The notes under the pieces were generated by a model. That model ran no database searches and was not told the DNA's origin. It saw nothing but the letters and a program-made list of their open reading frames with translations. Below, in pieces: positions 16,940 through 26,199 of a DNA stretch of 56,874 bases. The position numbers and the translations under genes were made by a program. The DNA comes from Candidatus Omnitrophota bacterium (GTDB taxonomy: Bacteria > Omnitrophota > Gorgyraeia > Gygaellales > Profunditerraquicolaceae), in NCBI GenBank assembly GCA_016208765.1, contig JACQXK010000015.1, forward strand, positions 1 through 56,874, written 5' to 3'. Numbering within the stretch: the first letter of the stretch is position 1; every line of letters starts with the position of its first letter.

Positions 16940-18367
16940 ATGGAATTGCATAAACTTACCGCCCACGAATTAATCCCTAAATTAGAAACGAAGGAAATTA
17001 GCGCAGAGGATATTTTGCAGGCGCTATATTCTCGCATTAAATCTATTGATTCCAAAGTTAATGCCTATGTCCGCCGGCAAAATGATTCGAGTTTTAGGGA
17101 CAGTCCCCAAGAAACGGGGACAGTCCCTATTACAATCAAAGACAATATTTGTACACAAGGATTGAATACCGAATGTTGCTCAAAGATATTAGGCGGTTTT
17201 AAGCCTCCGTATGACGCCACCGTAATTAAAAAATTAAAAGCTGCCGGATTAAGTATATTTAATTTTAAGGCGAATATGGATGAGTTTGCCTTTGGCTCAT
17301 CAACGGAGAATTCATTCTTTGGCACGACACATAATCCGTGGGATTTAGAGCGAGTGCCTGGAGGCTCATCCGGTGGATCTGCAGCATGCGTTGCAGCAGA
17401 TGAGGCAATTTGGGCGCTTGGCTCAGATACTGGCGGCTCCATTAGGCAGCCTGCAAGTTTCTGTGGGGTGGTTGGGTTGAAGCCGACTTATGGCAGAGTT
17501 TCCCGTTATGGTTTGATTGCTTTTGCCTCAAGCCTTGATCAGATTGGCCCGATTACCAAAGATGTGCGCGATAATGCAATGCTTTTAAATATTATTTCCG
17601 GTTATGATGCGCTTGATTCTACTTCAATAAATACAGCAGTACAGGATTATACTAAGTCGCTTACCAACGATGTTAAAGGATTAAAGATCGGTGTTCCCAA
17701 AGAATATTTTGTTGAGGGAATGGATAAAGAAGTTGAGGGTGCGTTGCAGGAGGCTATAAATAAATTAAAATCACTCGGAGCCGAAGTAAAAGAGGTAAGC
17801 CTTCCGCATTCCAAATACGCTGTTCCGGTTTATTATATTATAGCTACTGCTGAGGCAAGTTCTAATTTGGCGCGTTTTGACGGAGTGCAATATGGTTTTC
17901 GCGCCCAGCAAACTCAGAATTTAATTGATATGTATAAAAAAACCCGCGGCCAGGGTTTTGGCGACGAGGCAAAAAGAAGAATAATCTTGGGGACATTCGT
18001 GCTTTCGCACGGTTATTACGACGCTTATTATCTGCGCGCTTTAAAAGTGCGCACGCTTATTAAGCAGGATTTTGATAAGGTGTTTAAAGATTTTGACTGT
18101 ATTATTGCTCCAACTGCGCCTACGCCTGCATTTAAAATCGGCGAAAAAGTGTCTGATCCGTTAAAAATGTATTTATCTGATATTTATACAATCTCGGTAA
18201 ATTTAGCAGGGATTCCGGCGATATCTTTACCGTGCGGATTTACCAAGGCAGGTTTACCAATCGGAATGCAGATTATGTCTAAGCCGTTTGCAGAAGAAAT
18301 GATTTACAGGGTTGCGTATACTTATGAACAAAATACAGATTGGCATAAATCTAAGCCAAAAATATAA
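16940..18367 (+). CDS. gatA: Asp/Glu-tRNA amidotransferase subunit A
   Basis: ATG at 16940, 1 nt after the gatC stop. Amidase signature [15 protein letters not shown] and IKDNI are present. Confidence 0.93.
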   Translation: MELHKLTAHELIPKLETKEISAEDILQALYSRIKSIDSKVNAYVRRQNDSSFRDSPQETGTVPITIKDNICTQGLNTECCSKILGGFKPPYDATVIKKLKAAGLSIFNFKANMDEFAFGSSTENSFFGTTHNPWDLERVPGGSSGGSAACVAADEAIWALGSDTGGSIRQPASFCGVVGLKPTYGRVSRYGLIAFASSLDQIGPITKDVRDNAMLLNIISGYDALDSTSINTAVQDYTKSLTNDVKGLKIGVPKEYFVEGMDKEVEGALQEAINKLKSLGAEVKEVSLPHSKYAVPVYYIIATAEASSNLARFDGVQYGFRAQQTQNLIDMYKKTRGQGFGDEAKRRIILGTFVLSHGYYDAYYLRALKVRTLIKQDFDKVFKDFDCIIAPTAPTPAFKIGEKVSDPLKMYLSDIYTISVNLAGIPAISLPCGFTKAGLPIGMQIMSKPFAEEMIYRVAYTYEQNTDWHKSKPKI

Positions 18368-19800
18368 TGGAATTTGAACCGGTAATCGGATTAGAAGTTC
18401 ATTTGCATTTAAAGACCAAGACTAAGGCCTTCTGTGGATGCTCTACGGAATTTGGCGGCCAGCCTAATTCGCAGGTTTGCCCGGTGTGTTTAGGATTTCC
18501 GGGGACTTTGCCGGTTTTAAATAAGGTTGCTTTAGAATATGCGATCAAGGCCGGCCTTGCTTTAAATTGCACGGTAAACAAGTTTACTAAATTTGACCGT
18601 AAGAATTATTTTTATCCTGATTTGCCCAAAGATTATCAAATCTCTCAGTATGATTTTCCGGTCTCAAGCAATGGTTTCTTGGAAATTGACATTGATGGTA
18701 AAATCAAACGTATCGGCATTACCCGCGCCCATCTGGAAGAAGATGCAGGCAAATTAATTCATAAAGATTCTGTCAGCCTTGTTGATTTTAACCGCACAGG
18801 AATTGCTTTATTGGAAATTGTGAGTATGCCGGAAATCAATTCTCCTCAGGAGGCTTACGAATATTTAACTGGTTTAAAAAGTATTCTTAAATATTTGGGA
18901 GTTTCCGACTGTGATATGGAAAAAGGCTCGCTTCGTTGTGATGCCAATGTCTCTATCCGCCCAAAAGGCACAATTCCATTAGGAGTAAAGGCAGAGTTAA
19001 AAAATATGAATTCTTTTAAGGCAGTAAGAGACGCGCTTGAATATGAAATAGAGCGTCAAGCTAAATGTTTAGAGGCAGGAGAAAAAATTATTCAGGAAAC
19101 AAGGCTTTGGGATGAAAAACAGGGATGCAGTGTTGTTATGCGCACAAAAGAGGGCGCGCAGGATTATCGTTATTTTCCTGAGCCGGATTTAACTACTTTT
19201 ATAATTGACTCGGGTTTAATTGATGAAATCCGCAAAAGCATTCCGGAATTGCCGCGTGAAAAATATCAGCGTTTTATTAAAGAATACGGTTTGTCAATTT
19301 ATGATGCTAAATTACTTGTTTTAATCAGAGAAGATGCGGACTTTGCAGAAAGCTGTATGCAAACTTATGCTAATAATGATAAAAAGCTGATTGTAAACTG
19401 GCTTAATGGAGCGCTGCTTTCCGAGGCAAATGCGCGCAATTGCCAACTGTGTCAATTAGGGATCAAGGCACAAGATTTGGTAGAGTTGGTTAATTTTGTT
19501 GAGCGTCAGGAAATTTCAAATCTTTCGGCAAAAACAGTATTGACCCAGATGATTGAAACAAAAAAAGGCCCTGCTGAAATTATTAAAGAAAAGAATTTAT
19601 CCCAGATTTCTGACACAGGCGCTTTAGACGGATTTATTGAAGAAGCTATAAAAGAAAATGAAAAATCAGTGGCAGATTATAAGGCCGGAAAAGAAAATGC
19701 GCTGATGTTTTTGGTGGGGCAGGTAATGAAGAAATCTAAAGGAAAGGCAAACCCGAAGACAGCACAGGAATTAATAAAGCGGAGGCTGGAAAATGCGTAA
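18367..19800 (+). CDS. gatB: Asp/Glu-tRNA amidotransferase subunit B
   Basis: [26 protein letters not shown]-terminus. C-terminal YqeY/GatB domain (VGQVMKKSKGKANP). Confidence 0.93.
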   Translation: MEFEPVIGLEVHLHLKTKTKAFCGCSTEFGGQPNSQVCPVCLGFPGTLPVLNKVALEYAIKAGLALNCTVNKFTKFDRKNYFYPDLPKDYQISQYDFPVSSNGFLEIDIDGKIKRIGITRAHLEEDAGKLIHKDSVSLVDFNRTGIALLEIVSMPEINSPQEAYEYLTGLKSILKYLGVSDCDMEKGSLRCDANVSIRPKGTIPLGVKAELKNMNSFKAVRDALEYEIERQAKCLEAGEKIIQETRLWDEKQGCSVVMRTKEGAQDYRYFPEPDLTTFIIDSGLIDEIRKSIPELPREKYQRFIKEYGLSIYDAKLLVLIREDADFAESCMQTYANNDKKLIVNWLNGALLSEANARNCQLCQLGIKAQDLVELVNFVERQEISNLSAKTVLTQMIETKKGPAEIIKEKNLSQISDTGALDGFIEEAIKENEKSVADYKAGKENALMFLVGQVMKKSKGKANPKTAQELIKRRLENA

Positions 19801-21076
19801 GAAGATCATTTTCGGATTTATTTTAATTATCGGCGTATTTATTTATGCAAGGTTCGGGATTTCCGCTATTGAGCAGAAAAAGAAAGACGAGTTGTATAAA
19901 CAAGTTGAACTTTTTTCTGATTCTCTGGCGATTATTCAGTCGGAATATGTGGATGAGCCCAAGCCAAAAGATCTGATTTACGGCGCGTTAAAAGGAATGC
20001 TCGGTTCGCTTGACCCGCACAGCCAGTTTATGGATCCGGACACTTATAATGAATTAAAAGTTGATACCGAGGGTAAATTTGGGGGATTGGGAATTGAGAT
20101 TACCATTAAAGACGGATTGTTGACAGTTGTTACTCCTATTGAAGATACTCCTGCGTGGAAGGCCGGGCTTAGAGCAGGGGACAGGATTGTAAAGATCAAT
20201 GACGACTTAACGCGGGACATGTCTTTAACAGATGCAGTAAAGCGTATGCGCGGAAAAGTAGGTGAGTCAGTAAATTTATCAATCTTAAGAGAATCCGAGA
20301 AGAAAATCCTTGATTTTAAAATTACCCGCGATGTGATTAAAATCAAGGATATAAAAGAAGCAAGGATCCTTGAAGATGGCATTGGTTATATTCGCTTATC
20401 AGAATTTCGTGAAAATACTTCAAAAGATTTAAATATCGCATTAGAGAATCTGAGTAAACAGGGGATGAGCGGACTTGTTATAGATTTGCGCAATAATCCC
20501 GGCGGGCTTTTGGATGTTGCAGTCAAGGTGGCTGAAAAATTCACCCCAAAAGGAAAGATGATTGTTTACACTAAGGGCAGAAAGCCTTCGCAAAACCTTG
20601 AATTCATTTCTAAAGAGAATAAGCCAATCTTAGATTTACCGATTGTAATTTTAATTAATGAAGGCTCAGCTTCGGGAAGCGAGATCGTCGCCGGATGCCT
20701 TCAGGATTATAAACGGGCAATTGTTGTGGGGACAAAGTCGTTTGGTAAGGGTTCTGTTCAGACAGTGATCCCATTAGGAGATGGTTCTGCTTTACGCCTT
20801 ACTACCAGTAAATATTTTACTCCTTCCGGCAAGGTAATCCACGGTAATGGTGTCAACCCAGATATTGTGGTTGAAGAGGGTAAAATTGAATTAGGACAGC
20901 CGGATAAGCAAAAGATTGAGAACAAGGAAAATGTTTTTGAAGAAATTGATAAAAAAGAACAACTAAAGCAGGATAAAAAGTTTGAATATAAATCGGATAA
21001 CCAGTTAATGCGCGCAGTAGATATTTTGAAGGCCTTAAAATTCTATGACTCCAAAGACAAAGCGCAAAAGCAATAA
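19793..21076 (+). CDS. ctpA: S41 carboxy-terminal processing protease with PDZ domain
   Basis: N-terminal TM segment. PDZ domain (GLGIEITIKDGLLTVVTPIEDTPAWKAGLRAGDRIVKIN). S41 motifs LINEGSASGSEI and GTKSFGKGSVQ. Confidence 0.88.
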   Translation: MRKKIIFGFILIIGVFIYARFGISAIEQKKKDELYKQVELFSDSLAIIQSEYVDEPKPKDLIYGALKGMLGSLDPHSQFMDPDTYNELKVDTEGKFGGLGIEITIKDGLLTVVTPIEDTPAWKAGLRAGDRIVKINDDLTRDMSLTDAVKRMRGKVGESVNLSILRESEKKILDFKITRDVIKIKDIKEARILEDGIGYIRLSEFRENTSKDLNIALENLSKQGMSGLVIDLRNNPGGLLDVAVKVAEKFTPKGKMIVYTKGRKPSQNLEFISKENKPILDLPIVILINEGSASGSEIVAGCLQDYKRAIVVGTKSFGKGSVQTVIPLGDGSALRLTTSKYFTPSGKVIHGNGVNPDIVVEEGKIELGQPDKQKIENKENVFEEIDKKEQLKQDKKFEYKSDNQLMRAVDILKALKFYDSKDKAQKQ

Positions 21077-21866
21077 TAATATTTTAAAATTTATAATAGG
21101 CATCCTGTTAGCTTTTATTTTGCTGCAATGGGTGTTTGTTACTGTTAGTAAGCCCAGAAAAGCAGCTCCGCCTGTAGTTTGTCCTCCTGAGATAAAAATT
21201 AAAGGTAAAATCGCAATTGTAATTGATGACTGGGGATATAATCTTAACAATTTGCCAATCGTGGAAGGGATCAGGTATCCTTTTACTGCGGCGATCCTGC
21301 CTAACTTAGGCTCTTCTGCAAAAGTAGCTAAAGAATTGAATGCGCGCGGCTTTGAAGTGATCTTGCATCTTCCAATGCAGCCTCACGGAAAAAATAATCT
21401 GGAAAAGAATACGATACGGCTTGTCTTAAATGAACATGAGATAAAAGATATTATGGATATGGATTTGGCAAATATTGTTTACGCTAAAGGGGTTTCTAAT
21501 CATATGGGTTCTGAAGCAACCGAAGATGCGCGGGTGATGGGCATTGTTTTCAAAGAATTAAAAAATAGAAATCTTTATTTTCTGGATAGTTTTGTTTCAA
21601 ATAAATCTGTATGCGAAAAGTTGGCCAAGAAAACCGGTTTGCCTTTTGCAAAAAGAGATATTTTCTTAGATAATGATCAGGATCCTGCTTATATAAAAGC
21701 CCAGATAAATAAGTTAAAAAGGAAAGCAAGGATGAAAGGCGAGGCAATCGGCATCGGGCATGACCGCAGGAATACCTTGCTGGTATTAAAAGAAGTAATG
21801 CCGCAGATAGAAAACGAAGGGTATAAGTTTGTATTGGTTTCTGATTTAGTTAAATCGGAGAGATAA
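21045..21866 (+). CDS. divergent polysaccharide deacetylase family protein (YibQ-like)
   Basis: N-terminal TM segment. IAIVIDDWGYN, HLPMQP and NHMGS motifs. The position after ctpA is typical. Confidence 0.75.
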   Translation: MTPKTKRKSNNNILKFIIGILLAFILLQWVFVTVSKPRKAAPPVVCPPEIKIKGKIAIVIDDWGYNLNNLPIVEGIRYPFTAAILPNLGSSAKVAKELNARGFEVILHLPMQPHGKNNLEKNTIRLVLNEHEIKDIMDMDLANIVYAKGVSNHMGSEATEDARVMGIVFKELKNRNLYFLDSFVSNKSVCEKLAKKTGLPFAKRDIFLDNDQDPAYIKAQINKLKRKARMKGEAIGIGHDRRNTLLVLKEVMPQIENEGYKFVLVSDLVKSER

Positions 21867-22882
21867 TGCTTGTTTTAGGGATTGAAACATCATGCGACGA
21901 GACTTCGGTTGCCGTGGTAAAAGACGGCAAAAAAGTTTTAGCAAACCAAGTCAGCTCAAGTTTAAACCTGCATAAGAAACACGGCGGTGTGATCCCTGAA
22001 ATTGCCTCTCGGATGCAATTAGAAACTATTGCCTCGGTTGGTGAAGCGGCGATAATAAAAGCAGGTATTAAATTAAAAGACATAGATTTAGTAAGCGTGA
22101 CTAATCATCCGGGCTTATTGGGGTCTTTGCTTGTGGGAGTTTCTTTTGCAAAGTCAGTAGCTTTAAGCTTGAATTGCCCTTTGTTGGGAGTAGATCATAT
22201 TCATAGTCATTTTTATGCGAATTTTCTGGATGCAAAAGGAGTGGAATTGCCGTTTGTAGCACTCGTTGTCTCCGGCGGGCATACAAGTTTATTTTATGTT
22301 AAGGATTTTGATAAAATTTCTATTTTAGGAGAGACGCAGGATGATGCCTGCGGAGAGGCTTTTGATAAAGTGGCGAAAATACTTGGTTTGGGTTATCCGG
22401 GAGGGCCGCATATTGAAAAACTGGCAAGGCAGGGTGATCCGCGTAAAATAAAATTTGCATGCTCAGGAACTAAGGGAGAATTTGATTTTAGTTTTAGCGG
22501 AATAAAGACAGCAGTGTTGTATTATGTGAATAACAGGCGACTGGCTACCGGCTTGCCCCGAGCAAAATCAATGGGCGAGCAGCAATTAAAAAGCGATATC
22601 GCTGCAAGTTTTCAAGAAACAGTGATTGACACCTTGATCAGAAAATCATTTTTAGCCTGTAAAACAACAAAGACAAACCGTTTGGTGATCGGAGGCGGAG
22701 TGGTGGCTAATGGAAGGTTAAGAGAAAAATTTCTTGCCTCAGGAAATACCGAGGGGATAAATTGTTATTTTCCTCCGGTATCTTTGTGCATAGATAATGC
22801 TGCAATGATAGCTGGTTTTGGCTATCAATTGTTTAAGAAGGGTTTCAGGTCGAACTTAAGCTTGAATGCTTTGCCAAGTTAA
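21866..22882 (+). CDS. tsaD: tRNA N6-threonylcarbamoyladenosine transferase
   Basis: MLVLGIETSCDETSVAVV, GGHT and GGGVVAN motifs. Confidence 0.92.
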   Translation: MLVLGIETSCDETSVAVVKDGKKVLANQVSSSLNLHKKHGGVIPEIASRMQLETIASVGEAAIIKAGIKLKDIDLVSVTNHPGLLGSLLVGVSFAKSVALSLNCPLLGVDHIHSHFYANFLDAKGVELPFVALVVSGGHTSLFYVKDFDKISILGETQDDACGEAFDKVAKILGLGYPGGPHIEKLARQGDPRKIKFACSGTKGEFDFSFSGIKTAVLYYVNNRRLATGLPRAKSMGEQQLKSDIAASFQETVIDTLIRKSFLACKTTKTNRLVIGGGVVANGRLREKFLASGNTEGINCYFPPVSLCIDNAAMIAGFGYQLFKKGFRSNLSLNALPS

Positions 22883-22890
22883 AGAAAGAG

Positions 22891-23343
22891 GTGAATATGC
22901 TTTCTGATAAAGATATCATAGTGCGTTTGACCCTAACAGTGGTCTTAAGCGGTTTGATTGGGCTTGAGAGGCAGATCCATCGCAGGACCGCAGGGCTTCG
23001 TACTCACATTCTCGTGTCACTTGGTTCATGCCTTATCATGTTGACATCACTGTATGTTTTTGATATATATAAGGATATCACGACATTAGATCCTGTTCGT
23101 ATTGCCGCGGGAGTTATTACCGGTATTGGTTTCTTGGGAGCAGGTACAATTATCCGCGACAGAGAAGGGGTAAAAGGATTAACTACCGCTGCAAGCCTTT
23201 GGGTTGTCGCCGGGATTGGTTTGGCAGTTGGGTGTGGTTTTCAACAAGCAGCAGTTTATACTACTATTTTGTCTTTGGTGGTCCTTTTCTTTCTGCGTTA
23301 CATTGAAGGCATGATATTTTTTGAAGAGAAGAAGAAGGCATAA
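22891..23343 (+). CDS. MgtC/SapB family membrane protein
   Basis: GLERQIHRRTAGLRTHILVSLGSCL motif and four TM helices. The start could be GTG 22891 or ATG 22897. Confidence 0.8.
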   Translation: MNMLSDKDIIVRLTLTVVLSGLIGLERQIHRRTAGLRTHILVSLGSCLIMLTSLYVFDIYKDITTLDPVRIAAGVITGIGFLGAGTIIRDREGVKGLTTAASLWVVAGIGLAVGCGFQQAAVYTTILSLVVLFFLRYIEGMIFFEEKKKA

Positions 23344-23360
23344 AAAAAGAGGAGGTGGCT

Positions 23361-23864
23361 ATGTCTTTCAAGAAAAAGCTGGAAGAAAAAGTCCTTGATG
23401 TGGATGCGGCAATGCAAGGAACATTAAGTTTTAAGGATCCGGTCAATCTGAGGATCAACGGTAAATTTGAAGGCAACCTTGAAACAAGGGGTAATTTAAC
23501 TATCGGGCAGGCTGCGACGGTGGTTGCTGATATTGTCGGGGATAATATAATTGTAGGCGGAAGGGTGCGCGGAAGAATAACTGCAAAAGAGAGATTGACC
23601 TTGCTTCCTACTGCGATAGTTGAAGGGGAAATTTATCCGGTTAAACTTAATGTTGCAGAGGGCGCAATTATGGAAGGCAGATGTTTTATGCTGCATGATT
23701 TCCTGAATCCAGAAGAACTTGCCAGATACCTTGAGGTGGACATTAACTCAATTATGGAGTGGGCAGGGAGCGGAAAAATTCCGGCACACAAAGAAGGTGA
23801 AAACTGGAGATTTGAGAGAAAGGCAATTGATTCCTGGGTAGCGTCGGATAAGATTGAGAGATAA
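23361..23864 (+). CDS. bactofilin-domain protein fused to a C-terminal excisionase-type HTH
   Basis: AGGAGG lies 5 nt before the ATG at 23361. Bactofilin beta-helix repeats are present (INGKFEGNLETRGNLTIG..VGGRVRGRITAKERLTLL..VEGEIYP..AEGAIMEG). The C-terminus PEELARYLEVDINSIMEWAGSGKIPAHKEGENWRFERKAIDSWV is HTH_17-like. Confidence 0.8.
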   Translation: MSFKKKLEEKVLDVDAAMQGTLSFKDPVNLRINGKFEGNLETRGNLTIGQAATVVADIVGDNIIVGGRVRGRITAKERLTLLPTAIVEGEIYPVKLNVAEGAIMEGRCFMLHDFLNPEELARYLEVDINSIMEWAGSGKIPAHKEGENWRFERKAIDSWVASDKIER

Positions 23865-23869
23865 TCTTT

Positions 23870-24181
23870 ATGGCTGAAGAAAAACTTTTGACTGTAAGGG
23901 ATGTTTCTATAATTTTGCATGTTTCTGAGAAAAAAGTACTGGAACTTGCAGAAAGCGGAGAGGTCCCTGCTTATAAAATCGGCGGGGTGTATTTACGTTT
24001 TAAAAAGGAGCAGGTCTATGAATACAAAAAACGCCTGCATCCTCATGCCGCAAAAGAGGAAGCCGCTCAAAAATATTCCTTAAATGAACGGATAAAGGAT
24101 TTTCTGTATTTTAATGACTTCTATGTTTTTTCCGCCATTGTGATTACAGTTCTATTGTTTGTAATTTTCAGGGGATATTAA
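23870..24181 (+). CDS. excisionase-type HTH protein with C-terminal transmembrane anchor
   Basis: LLTVRDVSIILHVSEKKVLELAESGEVPAYKIGGVYLRFKKEQV is the HTH_17 pattern. The C-terminal hydrophobic helix is FYVFSAIVITVLLFVIF. Confidence 0.7.
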   Translation: MAEEKLLTVRDVSIILHVSEKKVLELAESGEVPAYKIGGVYLRFKKEQVYEYKKRLHPHAAKEEAAQKYSLNERIKDFLYFNDFYVFSAIVITVLLFVIFRGY

Positions 24182-24185
24182 CGGC

Positions 24186-24854
24186 ATGGCGCAAAAACAC
24201 GGGTTTTGCGATTTTGGTTTTGCAAAAATAGATACAGACCGTACAAGGCGCAAGGGGTTTTCTGAAGTTATTTACTGCCCGGGAAAAACAAAAGGGCATT
24301 TAAAGAAAATTTGTTTTGGTTTAATTAAACACAAAGAAGACCTCTTGCTTACCCGGCTTGAAAAAGAAAATTTCACTTATCTAAAAAAATCAATTCCTAA
24401 ACTTCAATACAACTCAACGGCAAAAATAGCTTATCTTCTGCAAAAAAAGAAACAGGCCAAAAAAGGGCTGGTTTTGATTCTTTCTGCCGGGACAGCTGAT
24501 ATCCCGGTTGCCGAGGAGGCTGCTGTTACACTTGAAGTGATGGGGAACCGGGTTGAGAGGCTTTATGATGTGGGAGTTGCCGGGGTGCACAGGTTGCTTG
24601 CGCATATGGATTCATTGAGAAAAGCCAAAGTAATTATTATTGTTGCCGGGATGGAAGCTGCTTTGGCAAGCTTGGTAAGCGGCTTGGTGAGCGCTCCTGT
24701 AGTGGCTGTGCCTACAAGCTGCGGTTATGGCGCAAATTTCGGAGGCTTGTCGTCTTTATTAACAATGTTAAACAGCTGTTCTCCCGGGATAGGTGTAGTA
24801 AATATTGATAATGGTTTTGGAGCAGGTTTTCTTGCCAGTTTAATTAATAATTAA
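24186..24854 (+). CDS. larB: nickel-pincer cofactor biosynthesis protein LarB (PurE-like NaAD carboxylase/hydrolase)
   Basis: DTDRTRRKGFSEVIYCPGKT and ILSAGTADIPVAEEAAVTLEVMG..VGVAGVHRL match the LarB/AIR-carboxylase-like family. Confidence 0.8.
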   Translation: MAQKHGFCDFGFAKIDTDRTRRKGFSEVIYCPGKTKGHLKKICFGLIKHKEDLLLTRLEKENFTYLKKSIPKLQYNSTAKIAYLLQKKKQAKKGLVLILSAGTADIPVAEEAAVTLEVMGNRVERLYDVGVAGVHRLLAHMDSLRKAKVIIIVAGMEAALASLVSGLVSAPVVAVPTSCGYGANFGGLSSLLTMLNSCSPGIGVVNIDNGFGAGFLASLINN

Positions 24855-24867
24855 TTGAGGGTTTGTA

Positions 24868-26199
24868 ATGGCGCTTTCAGGATTAGATATTTATAAATTG
24901 TTACCTAAAACAAACTGCCGGGAATGCGGGTTTGCTACCTGCCTTGCATTTGCTATGCAGCTTGCTAAAAAATCTGTGAGTTTGGAGAAATGCCCCTATG
25001 TAAGCGAGGAGGCAAAGAAAATATTAGAAGCTTCAAGCCAGCCGCCTATAAAATTGATTACCTTAGGAACAGGCGAAACAAAGTTTGATGTTGGCAATGA
25101 GGCCGTGATGTTTAGGCACGAAGAAAAGTTTCATCATGAGTGCGGAATAGGTTTTATTATTGAAGATAATTTGAAAGATGCAGAAATCAAAGTTCTCCTT
25201 AATAAAATAAATCAACTTAGTTTTGAGCGTGTGGGTTTGCAATTAAATGTTAATTTAGTCGCGCTAAAGCAAAATGGGCAGGCTGGCAGGTTTATAGAGG
25301 CGCTTAAGCTGGTTTTGTCGTCTACCAGTTTGCCTTTGGTTTTGATGAGCGATAACGTTGCGGCATTAAGGCCGGCGCTTGAGCTAATCAGAGATAAGAA
25401 GCCTCTTATTTACCAGGCGAATAAAAATAATTTTAGCGAATTGGCAAAATTAGCGATAGAGTTTAAGGCGGTATTGGTTGTTCAGGATACGGATTTGGAT
25501 GTATTGTCGGGATTGGCCCAGGAAATAAATAAATTAGGCGCAGTTGATTTATTGCTTGATACAGGAAAGAAAAGTATTTCTGAAAAGATCTGGGACCTGA
25601 CACAGATACGCAGGCTTGCTTTAAAGAAATCTAACCGTAGTTTTGGTTATCCGACAATAGTTATTGTTGAGGAAAATGATCCTTATGAAGAGGCCGTTGA
25701 GGTTGCAACTTATATTTCAAAATATGCCGGGGTCATTTTGATGAAGGGCATTGAGGCATGGGAGAGCTTGAGCCTTTTGACCCTGCGCCAGAATATTTAC
25801 ACTGATCCGCAGAAGCCTTTACAAATTGAGCCTAAACTTTATCCGGTAGGGCAGGCAGGCAAGAGCTCGCCTGTTTTGGTGACTACGAATTTCTCATTAT
25901 CGTATTATACTGTTTTAAGCGAAGTGGAGGCAAGCAAGATCCCTTCATACATCTTAAGCGTGGATACCGAGGGTATGTCGGTTTTGACGGCATGGGCAGC
26001 GGAAAAGTTTACTCCTGGCAAGATTTCCGATTCGCTTAATCAATTTGGTGTAGCAGATATGCTTTCACACAAGAATTTGATTATGCCCGGTTATGTTGCC
26101 ATGATTAGCGGCGAATTTGAAGATACATCCGGCTGGAAAATAACTGTCGGGCCAAAAGAATCAGCAGGGCTTCCGTCATTCTTAAAGAATGTATCATGA
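24868..26199 (+). CDS. acsC: corrinoid iron-sulfur protein large subunit (AcsC/CdhE)
   Basis: The N-terminal 4Fe-4S motif LPKTNCRECGFATCLAFAMQLA..KCPYV is present. The length of 443 aa fits, as does the context with acsD and acsE. Confidence 0.9.
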   Translation: MALSGLDIYKLLPKTNCRECGFATCLAFAMQLAKKSVSLEKCPYVSEEAKKILEASSQPPIKLITLGTGETKFDVGNEAVMFRHEEKFHHECGIGFIIEDNLKDAEIKVLLNKINQLSFERVGLQLNVNLVALKQNGQAGRFIEALKLVLSSTSLPLVLMSDNVAALRPALELIRDKKPLIYQANKNNFSELAKLAIEFKAVLVVQDTDLDVLSGLAQEINKLGAVDLLLDTGKKSISEKIWDLTQIRRLALKKSNRSFGYPTIVIVEENDPYEEAVEVATYISKYAGVILMKGIEAWESLSLLTLRQNIYTDPQKPLQIEPKLYPVGQAGKSSPVLVTTNFSLSYYTVLSEVEASKIPSYILSVDTEGMSVLTAWAAEKFTPGKISDSLNQFGVADMLSHKNLIMPGYVAMISGEFEDTSGWKITVGPKESAGLPSFLKNVS

